64,000 nucleotides of DNA from Mobula hypostoma (lineage: Eukaryota). The stretch is from NCBI RefSeq assembly GCF_963921235.1, contig NC_086109.1, positions 12,772,001 through 12,836,000 of the forward strand. The letters are read 5' to 3'. Shown piece by piece: positions 22,201 to 33,275 of this stretch (its first letter is position 1; every line of letters starts with the position of its first letter). A model generated the notes under the pieces. It was not told the origin of the DNA, did no database searches, and saw nothing but the letters and a program-made list of their open reading frames with translations. A program made the position numbers and the translations under genes.

Positions 22201-25200
22201 TTGGGGGGTGGGAATCAAATTAAAGCGGCTAGGTGTGAGGAGGTTAGTTCACAACAGAGGGATGGGAACCAGTGCAGAGAGACAGAGGGGTGTAAAGTGA
22301 GCGTAGAAGCAAAAAGTACAAAGGGGAAAAGTAAAAGTGGCAGGCCGACAAATCCAGGGCAAGCATTAAAAAGGGCTAAGAGAGTTGTAAAAGAGCGCCT
22401 GAAGGCTTTATGTGTCAATGCAAGGAGCATTCGTAATAAGGTGGATGAATTGAAAGTGCAGATTGTTATTAATGATTATGATATAGTTGGGATCACAGAG
22501 ACATGGCTCCAGGGTGACCAGGGATGGGAGCTCAACGTTCAGGGATATTCAATATTCAGGAGGGATAGACACGAAGGAAGGGGAGGTGGGGTGGCGTTGC
22601 TGGTTAAAGAAGAGATTAACGCAATAGAAAGGAAGGACATAAGCCGGGAAGATGTGGAATCGATATGGGTAGAGCTGCGTAACACTAAGGGGCAGAAGAC
22701 GCTGGTGGGAGTTGTGTACAGGCCACCTAACAGTAGTAGTGAGGTCGGAGATGGTATTAAACAGGAAATTAGAAATGTGTGCAATAAAGGAACAGCAGTT
22801 ATAATGGGTGACTTCAATCTACATGTAGACTGGGTGAACCAAATTGGTAAAGGTGCTGAGGAAGAGGATTTCTTGGAATGTATGCGGGATGGTTTTTTGA
22901 ACCAACATGTCGAGGAACCGACTAGAGAGCAGGCTATTCTGGACTGGGTTTTGAGCAATGAGGAAGGGTTAATTAGCGATCTTGTCGTGAGAGGCCCCTT
23001 GGGTAAGAGTGACCATAATATGGTGGAATTCTTCATTAACATGGAGAGTGACGTAGTTAATTCAGAAACAAAGGTTCTGAACTTAAAGAGGGGTAACTTT
23101 GAAGGTATGAGACATGAATTAGCTAAGATAGACTGGCAAATGACACTTCAAGGATTGACGGTGGATATGCAATGGCAGGCATTTAAAGGTTGCATGGATG
23201 AACTACAACAATTGTTCATCCCAGTTTGGCAAAAGAATAAATCAAGGAAGGTAGTGCACCCATGGCTGACAAGAGAAATTAGGGATAGTATCAATTCCAA
23301 AGAAGTAGCATACAAATTAGCCAGAGAAAGTGGCTCACCTGAGGACTGGGAGAAATTCAGAGTTCAGCAGAGGAGGACAAAGGGCTTAATTAGGAAGGGG
23401 AAAAAAGATTATGAGAGAAAACTGGCAGAGAACATAAAAACGGACTGTAAAAGCTTTTATAGATATGTAAAAAGGAAAAGACTGATAAAGACAAATGTAG
23501 GTCCCCTGCAAACAGAAACAGGTGAATTGATTATGGGGAGCAAGGACATGGCAGACCAATTGAATAATTACTTTGGTTCTGTCTTCACTAAGGAGGACAT
23601 AAATAATCTTCCAGAAATAGTAAGGGACAGAGGGTCCAGTGAGATGGAGGAACTGAGCGAAATACATGTTAGTAGGGAAGTGGTGTTAGGTAAATTGAAG
23701 GGATTGAAGGCAGATAAATCCCCAGGGCCAGATGGTCTGCATCCCAGAGTGCTTAAGGAAGTGGCCCAAGAAATAGTGGATGCATTAGTGATAATTTTTC
23801 AAAACTCGTTAGATTCTGGACTAGTTCCTGAGGATTGGAGGGTGGCTAATGTAACCCCACTTTTTAAAAAAGGAGGGAGAGAGAAACCGGGGAATTATAG
23901 GCCGGTTAGCCTAACGTCGGTGGTGGGGAAACTGCTGGAGTCAGTTATCAAGGATGTGATAACAGCACATTTGGAAAGCGGTGAAATGATCGGACAAAGT
24001 CAGCATGGATTTGTGAAAGGAAAATCATGTCTGACGAATCTCATAGAATTTTTTGAGGATGTAACTAGTAGAGTGGATAGGGGAGAACCAGTGGATGTGG
24101 TATATTTGGATTTTCAAAAGGCTTTTGACAAGGTCCCACATAGGAGATTAGTGTGCAAACTTAAAGCACACGGTATTGGGGGTAAGGTATTGGTGTGGGT
24201 GGAGAATTGGTTAGCAGACAGGAAGCAAAGAGTGGGAATAAACGGGACCTTTTCAGAATGGCAGGCGGTGACTAGTGGGGTACCGCAAGGCTCAGTGCTG
24301 GGACCCCAGTTGTTTACAATATATATTAATGACTTGGATGAGGGAATTAAATGCAGCATCTCCAAGTTTGCGGATGACACAAAGCTGGGTGGCAGTGTTA
24401 GCAGTGAGGAGGATGCTAAGAGGATGCAGGGTGACTTGGATAGGTTGGGTGAGTGGGCAAACTCATGGCAGATGCAATTTAATGTGGATAAATGTGAAGT
24501 TATCCACTTTGGTGGCAAAAATAGGAAAACAGATTATTATCTGAATGGTGGCCGATTAGGAAAAGGGGAGGTGCAACGAGACCTGGGTGTCATTATACAC
24601 CAGTCATTGAAAGTGGGCATGCAGGTACAGCAGGCGGTGAAAAAGGCGAACGGTATGCTGGCATTTATAGCGAGAGGATTCGAGTACAGGAGCAGGGAGG
24701 TACTACTGCAGTTGTACAAGGCCTTGGTGAGACCACACCTGGAGTATTGTGTGCAGTTTTGGTCCCCTAATCTGAGGAAAGACATCTTTGCCATAGAGGG
24801 AGTACAAAGAAGGTTCACCAGATTGATTCCTGGGATGGCAGGTCTTTCATATGAAGAAAGACTGGATGAACTGGGCTTGTACTCGTTGGAATTTAGAAGA
24901 TTGAGGGGGGATCTGATTGAAACGTATAAGATCCTAAAGGGATTGGACAGGCTAGATGCGGGAAGATTGTTCCCGATGTTGGGGAGGTCTAGAACGAGGG
25001 GTCACAGTTTGAGGATAGAGGGGAAGCCTTTTAGGACCGAGGTTAGGAAAAACTTCTTCACACAGAGAGTGGTGAATCTGTGGAATTCTCTGCCACAGCA
25101 AACTGTTGAGGCCAGTTCATTAGCTATGTTTAAAAGGAAGTTAGATATGGCCCTTGTGGCTACAGGGGTCAGGGGGTATGGAGGGAAGGCTGGGTTCTGA
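22201..25200 (+). CDS. CR1 ORF2: APE endonuclease plus reverse transcriptase, uninterrupted
   Basis: 999 codons without a stop; NARS, ITETW, YRPP, GDFN, SDHN (APE); YRPVSL, YLDFQKAFD, GVPQGSVLGP, FADD (RT). The track start is TTG; the frame is open from 22180. Confidence 0.95.
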   Translation: MGGGNQIKAARCEEVSSQQRDGNQCRETEGCKVSVEAKSTKGKSKSGRPTNPGQALKRAKRVVKERLKALCVNARSIRNKVDELKVQIVINDYDIVGITETWLQGDQGWELNVQGYSIFRRDRHEGRGGGVALLVKEEINAIERKDISREDVESIWVELRNTKGQKTLVGVVYRPPNSSSEVGDGIKQEIRNVCNKGTAVIMGDFNLHVDWVNQIGKGAEEEDFLECMRDGFLNQHVEEPTREQAILDWVLSNEEGLISDLVVRGPLGKSDHNMVEFFINMESDVVNSETKVLNLKRGNFEGMRHELAKIDWQMTLQGLTVDMQWQAFKGCMDELQQLFIPVWQKNKSRKVVHPWLTREIRDSINSKEVAYKLARESGSPEDWEKFRVQQRRTKGLIRKGKKDYERKLAENIKTDCKSFYRYVKRKRLIKTNVGPLQTETGELIMGSKDMADQLNNYFGSVFTKEDINNLPEIVRDRGSSEMEELSEIHVSREVVLGKLKGLKADKSPGPDGLHPRVLKEVAQEIVDALVIIFQNSLDSGLVPEDWRVANVTPLFKKGGREKPGNYRPVSLTSVVGKLLESVIKDVITAHLESGEMIGQSQHGFVKGKSCLTNLIEFFEDVTSRVDRGEPVDVVYLDFQKAFDKVPHRRLVCKLKAHGIGGKVLVWVENWLADRKQRVGINGTFSEWQAVTSGVPQGSVLGPQLFTIYINDLDEGIKCSISKFADDTKLGGSVSSEEDAKRMQGDLDRLGEWANSWQMQFNVDKCEVIHFGGKNRKTDYYLNGGRLGKGEVQRDLGVIIHQSLKVGMQVQQAVKKANGMLAFIARGFEYRSREVLLQLYKALVRPHLEYCVQFWSPNLRKDIFAIEGVQRRFTRLIPGMAGLSYEERLDELGLYSLEFRRLRGDLIETYKILKGLDRLDAGRLFPMLGRSRTRGHSLRIEGKPFRTEVRKNFFTQRVVNLWNSLPQQTVEASSLAMFKRKLDMALVATGVRGYGGKAGF

Positions 25201-25627
25201 GTTGGATGATCAGCCATGATCATAATAAATGGCGGTGCAGGCTCGAAGGGCCGAATGGCCAACTCCTGCACCTATTTTCTATGTTTCTATGTTTCTATGT
25301 TTTGCTCTTACATTAGCTTTGACTTCCCTTGTAAGCCATGGTTGTACTATTTTGCCATTTGAGTATTTCTTCATTTTTGGAATAAATCTGTCCTGCACCT
25401 TCTTCATTTTTCCTAGAAGCTCACAACATTGCTGCTCTGCTGTCATCCCTGCCAGCAGCTACATCCAGTTTACTTTGGCCAACTCCTCTCTCATACCACT
25501 GTAATTTTCTTTACTCCACTGAAATAATGCTATGTTAGACTTTATTTTCTCCCCATCAAATTTCAAGTTGAACTTGAAATATGATCACATATCACACATC
25601 AATTGGCTTGCTGTGTTTATATGACTG

Positions 25628-25650
25628 GACTTCCTCGCCACTTCCTCCTT
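25628..25650. promoter_or_regulatory. Tandem ETS/PU.1-like sites upstream of the gene B leader
   Basis: GACTTCCTC at 25628 and CACTTCCTCCTT at 25639; TTCC cores sit at equivalent positions upstream of all three leaders. Confidence 0.5.
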
Positions 25651-25715
25651 ACTTTTCTTTGACAGTTATTTCACTCTGTGACCAGACAAGTGCTGATCGG
25701 GTCTCCATTAATAAA

Positions 25716-25755
25716 ATGATGTGGAGTTCGATTCTTCTAATTGGTGTCCTACACG
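25716..25755 (+). CDS. Gene B: leader (signal peptide) exon MMWSSILLIGVLH
   Basis: aataaaATG context, 13 codons + G, donor GTGGGT; paralogous to 43167 and 63670. Confidence 0.75.
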
Positions 25756-27465
25756 GTGGGTGACAACCAGAGTGGGGTATTTTCATAATCTGCTTTGATT
25801 AGGGGGTCATTGATCATTTCCGGAACAGTGCATGAATATATGTAGACACTAAAGATGTCAGAATCTGGAGATAAAAGAAAATTTCTGGAGGAACTCAGCA
25901 GACCTAGCAGCAGCTGTAGGGGGAAGGGAACTGTTGATGGTTTGGGTCAAGACCCTGCATTGAACCTGAGTGGAGTGGAATAGGAGAGAGGGCATTGTGA
26001 AATAGAATCAGTTATCTGGACTACATCCCAAGGTTCTGAACGAAGTAGCTGGAGAGATTGTGGAAGCATTAGAAGTGATTTTTCAAATATGGTTCCTGAT
26101 GACTGGAAAATTACAAATGTCATTTATCTCTTTATAGGGGGAGGGAGACAAAATCAGGAAATTATAGATCAATCAGTTTAATTTCAGTGGTTGGTACATT
26201 TTTAGAATCTGTTATTAAGGATGGGATTTCGGAAAACTTGGGGCACATGATAAAATAGGCCTGATTCAACATGGTTTCCTTCAGGAGAAATCTACCCTCC
26301 CAAGTCCATTGAAATTATTTGAGCAAATAACAGGCAGGACAGACAAAGGAGACTTTGTTGATCAGTGCATTTAGTTTGCTCTGCCAAATGCCAAAATGGT
26401 CAACATACTTCATGCTATATTAGAGTTTCTCTCCATTTTCAAACTCTCATCATTCAGAACCTAACTTGACGAAAAACTCTCAAGGCAGCGGGAAATACTG
26501 TAAGGGAAGGCTGTCCAATGAGATTTGAGCTTGATGTTTCAGGCCATTGTAGATTGGAGGGAAACCTGCAAAGGACTGTCTTCACTCGTGAGGTACCATC
26601 AGACATCAACTTCACTGGTGAGTTGTCAGATGGATGGTTGACGGTACTGTGAGAGTCAGGGATTCCACTGATCCTCACACCCAAATGTCATCTGAAAAAA
26701 TGAAGGCTGGTGTTGCTTCAAGGATGAATGTAGCCATTACAGCTGGGAGTTCCCTTAATGAAACATCACTGAGTGATCTTTGTGTGCATTTGAGTAGTTG
26801 GAAGGCATCTGATTTGAAAGCAACATCTCTATTACTGCTGTACTTCAAAGTTCAAAGTAAATTTATTATCAAAGTACATTTATCATCATATACTGCCTTA
26901 AGTTTCATTTTCATGCGGGCATTCACAGCAGAACAAAGAAATATAACAGAATCAATGCAAAGATTACACACAAGCAAAAGACTGGTGGGGTGGCCTTTGC
27001 CTGTCATGGACTGGATTGATTCCACTATTCATGGAATATAGAAGATAGAACATTACACCAGAGTACAGGGTCTTTTACTCTCCTCTAAGATCAGTCTCAT
27101 CCTTCCCTTCTGTAACTCTCCTATTATCCATTTACCAATCTAAGAGTCTTTTAAATGTATCTGCCTCTGCAATCACTCCTGGCAAGGCCTTTCATGGACC
27201 CACCACTCTGTGTTAAGAACATACCTCTGAAACCCCCTCAATACTTTCCTCCAATAACCTTGAAATTATTCACCCACATAGTAGGCATTTCTTCCCTGGG
27301 AAAGTCTCTAGATATCTGCTCGATATGTGCCTCTGATCATCTTGTAAGTGTCTATCATGTTGTCTCTCACCCTCATTTGCTCCATTTTTTGAATTGTCTT
27401 CATATCCTCGAGAATGACGCTTTTACTTTCAGCTTGCTTAGAGGGAAATGGAGTTGTGTAGATGG

Positions 27466-27626
27466 AGAGAGAGGGTAAGAGGAGTTGTTCGAAAAGTGAT
27501 CACAATCGATTGCCCCTCTGCAACAGTAAATCAGTCACACACAACGTACTGCTGCTGTGGAATATTGGTCGTCAATATTCATTTTTAGTGGAAACAAATC
27601 GGCTGCATAGACAAGAAGGAAATATT
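27466..27626 (+). pseudogene. Gene B: frameshifted, 3'-truncated Ig V exon remnant
   Basis: VRGVVRKVITIDC...SHTTYCC, then in another frame RQYSFLVETN. Aligns to the N-terminal half of V exons 44551 and 49738; no second-half strands and no donor. Confidence 0.8.
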
Positions 27627-27744
27627 GCATGTATATTCAGTTTTATTAAAAAGATTGGCTTTTTATTTGTCACATGTCCATGAAAACATCGAAACATACA
27701 GCGAAGTGTATCTTCTGGTGTCAAATGAAGTTAGTGAAGACTGT

Positions 27745-27940
27745 AAACAACAGGAATTCTGCAGATGCTGGAAATTCAAGCAACACACATCAAAGTTGCT
27801 GGTGAACGCAGCAGGCCAGGCAGCATCTCTAGGAAGAGGTACAGTCGAAGTTTCAGGCCGAGACCCTTCGTCAGGACTAACTGAAGGAAGAGTTAGTAAG
27901 AGATTTGAAAGTGGGAGGGGGAGGGGGAGATACAAAATGA
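27745..27940 (-). mobile_element. PLE 3' insertion with hammerhead motif (27843-27878)
   Basis: TAGTGAAGACTGT at 27732-44 and 27941-53; the paralogous empty site is at about 34948-34960. Motif AGUC-CUGACGA-A-GGGU(CUCG)GCCU-GAAA-CUUC-GACU. Confidence 0.75.
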
Positions 27941-28260
27941 TAGTGAAGACTGTGCTGGGATTAGGCTGGGTTAAATCGGTGGGTTACTGGGCAGTGTGGC
28001 TCATTGGGCCTAAAGGGCCTGTTCTGTGCTGTATCTCCAAAGAAGTAAATACTGAGAACATCAGTTGTGGAGTCCTCGAAAGTGAGCCCTTAGGTTGTGT
28101 GCAGTGATCAGTTCAGTGTTGAGTGAGTGAAGTTATCCATGCTGATTCAGGTGCCTGATCTTGAAACTACAGTTGGTTAGTTACTGAAACTTGACACATT
28201 AAAATGTGAATCCTCCAAGTCATATTTATCCAAAAAATGACATTAACTTGATCAATGGTG

Positions 28261-31200
28261 AAAGATATACAACTCAAATAAGCTGAAAATTGGTGCTATT
28301 TTTATTTCATGTTGTCAAGAGTTTCAAGAGTGACCTGTCACAATTTTCCATGTCAATGCGGCCTTTGGTCACATTACTTCTCTCTCTCATCCATGGTGTG
28401 AATACATTTATGCTATACAACATCATTATCTGATTACAAAGAATCTTCTAAAATTTTGCACTTTGTTATCATGCAGTGTTGATTCTCACATTTGCAAACA
28501 GCTCCCTTCATGTAGCAGCTCTGAGGCTAATTTAACATCGACGGGTTACAGATACATGTCAACTCTGAGAAAAGTAACACCTTCCATTTGCAGATTCACA
28601 CCCCGTTGACCATTGCAAGCTGCATCAAGCTGTAACCACTCATTTTGTTCAATGCTCAACTTTCAATTCCATTGTTCATTCATCTTCAAGATCTTTGAAT
28701 ATTGACTGGAAATATAACCAATTTCAATCATTTTTAATGTTATATTGATCAAATTGTTGTATCATTCTCAGAAAAGAAACTTAAATGTATTATTAAAGTA
28801 CATACTGCATTTGTTACCATATACTATCCCATTCATTTACTTTCAGGCAGTCAGTGTAAATACAAAGAAACATAACAGAATCAATGACAAACCCATGAAC
28901 AAAGACAGACAAACAATCAATGTGTAAAAGACAAAAAATGTGAAATACCAAAAGTAAACTAAATGATAATAATAGTACTAAATAATATTTGAGAACATGA
29001 TTTGTAGAGTCCTTGAAAGTGAGTCCAGAGGTTGTGGAATCAGTTCAGTGATAGGGGAAATTATCCACTCTGGTTCAGGAGCCTGGTGGTTAAGGGGTAA
29101 TATCTGTTCCTGAACTTGATGACATGGGAATTGAGGCTCCTGTACCTGATTCCAGACAGCAACAGGAAAAAGAGAGCATAGTCTAATTGATGACGGATGC
29201 TGTTTGTAGTCTGACAGTGTGCTCCACAGTGAAGAGGAGTTTATCCGTGATGGACTGAGCTGTATCCACTACCTTTTCTCATTTTTTTTTCCATTCAAGG
29301 ACATTGGTGTTTCAATCAGTCAGAGGTGATATCTTGATCCTCGCAAATTTCTAAGTCAACAATGTGCTGCCATGCTTTCTTTGTAATGGCAGATATGTAC
29401 TGGACTCAGGACATGTCTTCTAAAATGATAATGACAAGGAATTTAAAGTTACTGACTCTCTCCACCTCTGATCCCCTGATGAGGACTGACTCATGGACCT
29501 CTGGATACCTCCTCCTGTAGACAATAATCAGCTCTTTGGTTTTGCTGAAATTGAGTGAGAGATAGTTGTTGTGACACCATTCAGCCAGATTTTCAATCTC
29601 ACTGCTATATGCTGATTGAACACACATGAGTGCTGAAGGAACTCAGCAGATCAGGCAGCATCAACAGAAGGGAATAAGCAGTTGATGTTTCGGGTGAGAC
29701 CCTTCATTGAAGCCAGTTTCAGGTCAGGGACCCCTCCTCAGATCTGGATTAAAAGTGGAAGACTGTTAATGTAGAATGTAGATCTGGTCAGAGGAATAAT
29801 GTGTAAGATAAAAGATGATACAGTTCAGTCCCAGGTTATGACCTACTGATCTATGGACACTTGTGTATATGAATACGCCTCTGTAATGTTAACTAATTCC
29901 AAAGTCTGATGTATGTACTAATGTTTACACATGACACAAATATAGTCGGTGTTTTGGATCATACAGAAAGTTGTAATTTACAAGAGGATATCGACAGGAT
30001 GCAGTGCTGGGTGGAGAAGTGGTAGATGGAATTTAACACTGAAAATTCTTCTGCCGGGGTGCCTAGACGCGACTCAAGTAGCAGCAGTACTCTCAATGGA
30101 TCTGATTAAATATTAAAGATATACAACTCAAATAAGCTGAAAATTGGTGTTATTTTTATTTCATGTTGTCAAGAGTTTCAAGAGTGACCTGTCACAATTT
30201 TCCATGTCAATGCGGCCTTTGGTCACATTACTTCTCTCTCTCATCCATGGTGTGAATACATTTATGCTATACAACATCATTATCTGATTACAAAGAATCT
30301 TCTAAAATTTTGCACTTTGTTATCATGCAGTGTTGATTCTCACATTTGCAAACAGCTCCCTTCATGTAGCAGCTCTGAGGCTAATTTAACATCGACGGGT
30401 TACAGATACATGTCAACTCTGAGAAAAGTAGCACCTTCCATTTGCAGATTCACACCCCGTTGACCATTGCAAGCTGCATCAAGCTGTAACCACTCATTTT
30501 GTTCAATGCTCAACTTTCAATTCCATTGTTCATTCATCTTCAAGATCTTTGAATATTGACTGGAAATATAACCAATTGCAATCATTTTTAATGTTATATT
30601 GATCAAATTGTTGTATCATTCTCAGAAAAGAAACTTAAATGTATTATTAAGGTACATACTGCATTTGTTACCATATACTATCCCATTCATTTACTTTCAG
30701 GCAGTCAGTGTAAATACAAAGAAACATAACAGAATCAATGACAAACCCATGAACAAAGACACACAAACAATCAATGTGTAAAAGACAAAAAATGTGAAAT
30801 ACCAAAAGTAAACTAAATGATAATAATAGTACTAAATAATATTTGAGAACATGAGTTGTAGAGTCCTTGAAAGTGAGTCCAGAGGTTGTGGAATCAGTTC
30901 AGTGATAGGGGAAATTATCCACTCTGGTTCAGGAGCCTGGTTGTTAAGGGGTAATATCTGTTCCTCAACTTGATGACGTGGGAATTGAGGCTCCTGTACC
31001 TGATTCCAGACAGCAACAGGAAAAAGAGAGCATAGTCTAATTGATGACGGATGCTGTTTGTAGTCTGACAGTGTGCTCCACAGTGAAGAGGAGTTTATCC
31101 GTGATGGACTGAGCTGTATCCACTACCTTTTCTCATTTTTTTTTCCATTCAAGGACATTGGTGTTTCAATCAGTCAGAGGTGATATCTTGATCCTCGCAA

Positions 31201-31968
31201 ATTTCTAAGTCAACAATGTGCTGCCATGCTTTCTTTGTAATGGCAGATATGTACTGGACACAGGACATGTCTTCTAAAATGATAATGACAAGGAATTTAA
31301 AGTTACTGACTCTCTCCACCTCTGATCCCCTGATGAGGACTGACTCATGGACCTCTGGATACCTCCTCCTGTAGACAATAATCAGCTCTTTGGTTTTGCT
31401 GAAATTGAGTGAGAGATAGTTGTTGTGACACCATTCAGCCAGATTTTCAATCTCACTGCTATATGCTGATTGAACACACATGAGTGCTGAAGGAACTCAG
31501 CAGATCAGGCAGCATCAACAGAAGGGAATAAGCAGTTGATGTTTTGGGTGAGACCCTTCATTGAAGCCAGTTTCAGGTCAGGGACCCCTCCTCAGATCTG
31601 GATTAAAAGTGGAAGACTGTTAATGTAGAATGTAGATCTGGTCAGAGGAATAACGTGTAAGATAAAAGATGATACAGTTCAGTCCCAGGTTATGACCTAC
31701 TGATCTATGGACACTTGTGTATATGAATACGCCTCTGTAATGTTAACTAATTCCAAAGTCTGATGTATGTACTAATGTTTACACATGACACAAAGATAGT
31801 CGGTGTTTTGGATCATACAGAAAGTTGTAATTTACAAGAGGATATCGACAGGATGCAGTGCTGGGTGGAGAAGTGTTAGATGGAATTTAACACTGAAAAT
31901 TCTTCTGCCGGGGTGCCTAGACGCGACTCGAGTAGCAGCAGTACTCTCAATGGATCTGATTAAATATT
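28261..31968. repeat. Head-to-tail tandem duplication, 2 x 1854 bp (28261-30114, 30115-31968)
   Basis: Both units begin aaagatatacaactc and end gattaaatatt; I counted 15 substitutions by eye and saw no indels. Confidence 0.95.
28780..29612 (-). mobile_element. Rex1/Babar LINE 3' fragment (duplicated at about 30634-31466)
   Basis: Minus ORFs: NLAEWCHNNYLSLNFSKTKELI...VERVSNFKFL...ISAITKKA. Confidence 0.75.
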
Positions 31969-32944
31969 CCTATTTCAGCCTGATACAGCTAAAAAGTACA
32001 ACTGCTTCCAAAGTCAGGACAGTCAACAAAGATGTCTTTATGTGTTTAAACTAACTATCGCTGCTTAAAACCGATGGAAACAACACCGATTGTGGTGTTG
32101 GACCTTCCAGATACCGCTCTTTTTTTAATACATTCAATTGAAACACCTTGACTGCACACAGGTCTCCAAAAACAGATCTCTATTTAACTAATTACCTGAC
32201 CTCTAAAGCCAATTGGGTGCACAATTAATGACTTTGTGCGTCATATTAAAGGAAATGAATATTTATGCAAACTGAAGAAAAGAAGTGCTGCTGTAATGCA
32301 CTGTTTGTGCTAATTGGAGGTCACAAACAGACAAACAGACAGACAGAGCATGAGAGCTTTAGTAGTATATAGATTGATCCTTTCATTGCAATGCCTTGAA
32401 GCTATGATAACATTGAATGATATTTCTGTGTTTACTGATTTATCAGCAATATTGACTTGTAGCCAACTGTAAAAACAGACCCATTCATTGCTCAGAGGCA
32501 GTTAGTATGGAGATTGGTTAAGACTGATCAGTGATCGGTAAAACCCTCCCCTCCAATGAGCACATCTGCAAAGGAGTGTTGCCACAAGAAAGCAGGATCC
32601 ATCATCAAGGACCCTGATCGTCCAGACATGCTCTCTTCCAGCTGCTGCCATCAGGAAGGAGGTACAGGAGCCTTCGGTCCCAAACCACCAGGTTCAGGAA
32701 CAGTTCAGCCATCAGGCTCCTGAAACAGTGTGGATAACTTCACTCACCTTAACACTGAACTGCTCACCGAACACAGCCTATGAACTTTTTTTCAAGGTCT
32801 CCACAACTCATGTCTCAGTCTTACTTATTTATTTACATCTTTAATTTTTTTTTGCATTTGCCCCATTTGCCTTCCTATGCACATTGGCAGTTTGTCAGTC
32901 CTTGTGTAGTTTTTTTTTGATTCTGTTGTATTTCTCTGATCTAC

Positions 32945-33275
32945 TGTAAATCATGGATGACACACACATCAAATGAAGAAGTTCTCAGAAGAGCCCAAGC
33001 AGTTCCATCACTCGTAACAACAATAAGAGAAAAACAACTCAGATTCCTAGGACACATCATGCGGAACAATGAGCTAGAAAAACTCATACTTTCTGTTAAG
33101 ATCGAGGGGAGAAAACCTAGAGGAAGATCTTGGCTTATGTACAGCAAAAGCCTAGCCAGGTGGTTACACATCGAGGAAATAGAAGTTATCCAAAGAACGA
33201 AGGATAGATCTATATGGAAAACCATGGTCACCATTGTCCACATCGGATATGGTACCTTGACAGACAGACTGTAAA
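32945..33275 (+). mobile_element. RTE-clade LINE 3' fragment
   Basis: SNEEVLRRA...KQLRFLGHIMR...LEKLILSVKIEGRKPRGR is homologous to the C-terminus of the RTE at 35419-35691; (GACA)n tail. Confidence 0.75.

Larger units (their letters stand above)
21761..25299 (+). mobile_element. Young 5'-truncated CR1 LINE
   Basis: Partial ORF1, intact ORF2, 3' stem GGTGCAGG (25234-41) / CCTGCACC (25265-72), three copies of the TATGTTTC-type tail, and TTTTG shared at both junctions (21756-60, 25300-04). Confidence 0.95.
19960..25590 (-). mobile_element. Older antisense CR1 ORF2 remnant, split by the young CR1 insertion (host parts about 19960-21760 and 25300-25590)
   Basis: Minus ORFs 20616-20963 (DVVYLDFQKAF...QGSVLGPLLF...FAAD) and 21152-21565; the host sequence resumes after 25300. 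Confidence 0.8.

Noticed and set aside
28745-30781. Repeated 60-aa ORF (MIKLLYHSQKRN...) as a conserved small protein
   Set aside because: Its recurrence is fully explained by the 1854-bp tandem duplication, and it overlaps Rex1 3' UTR sequence.
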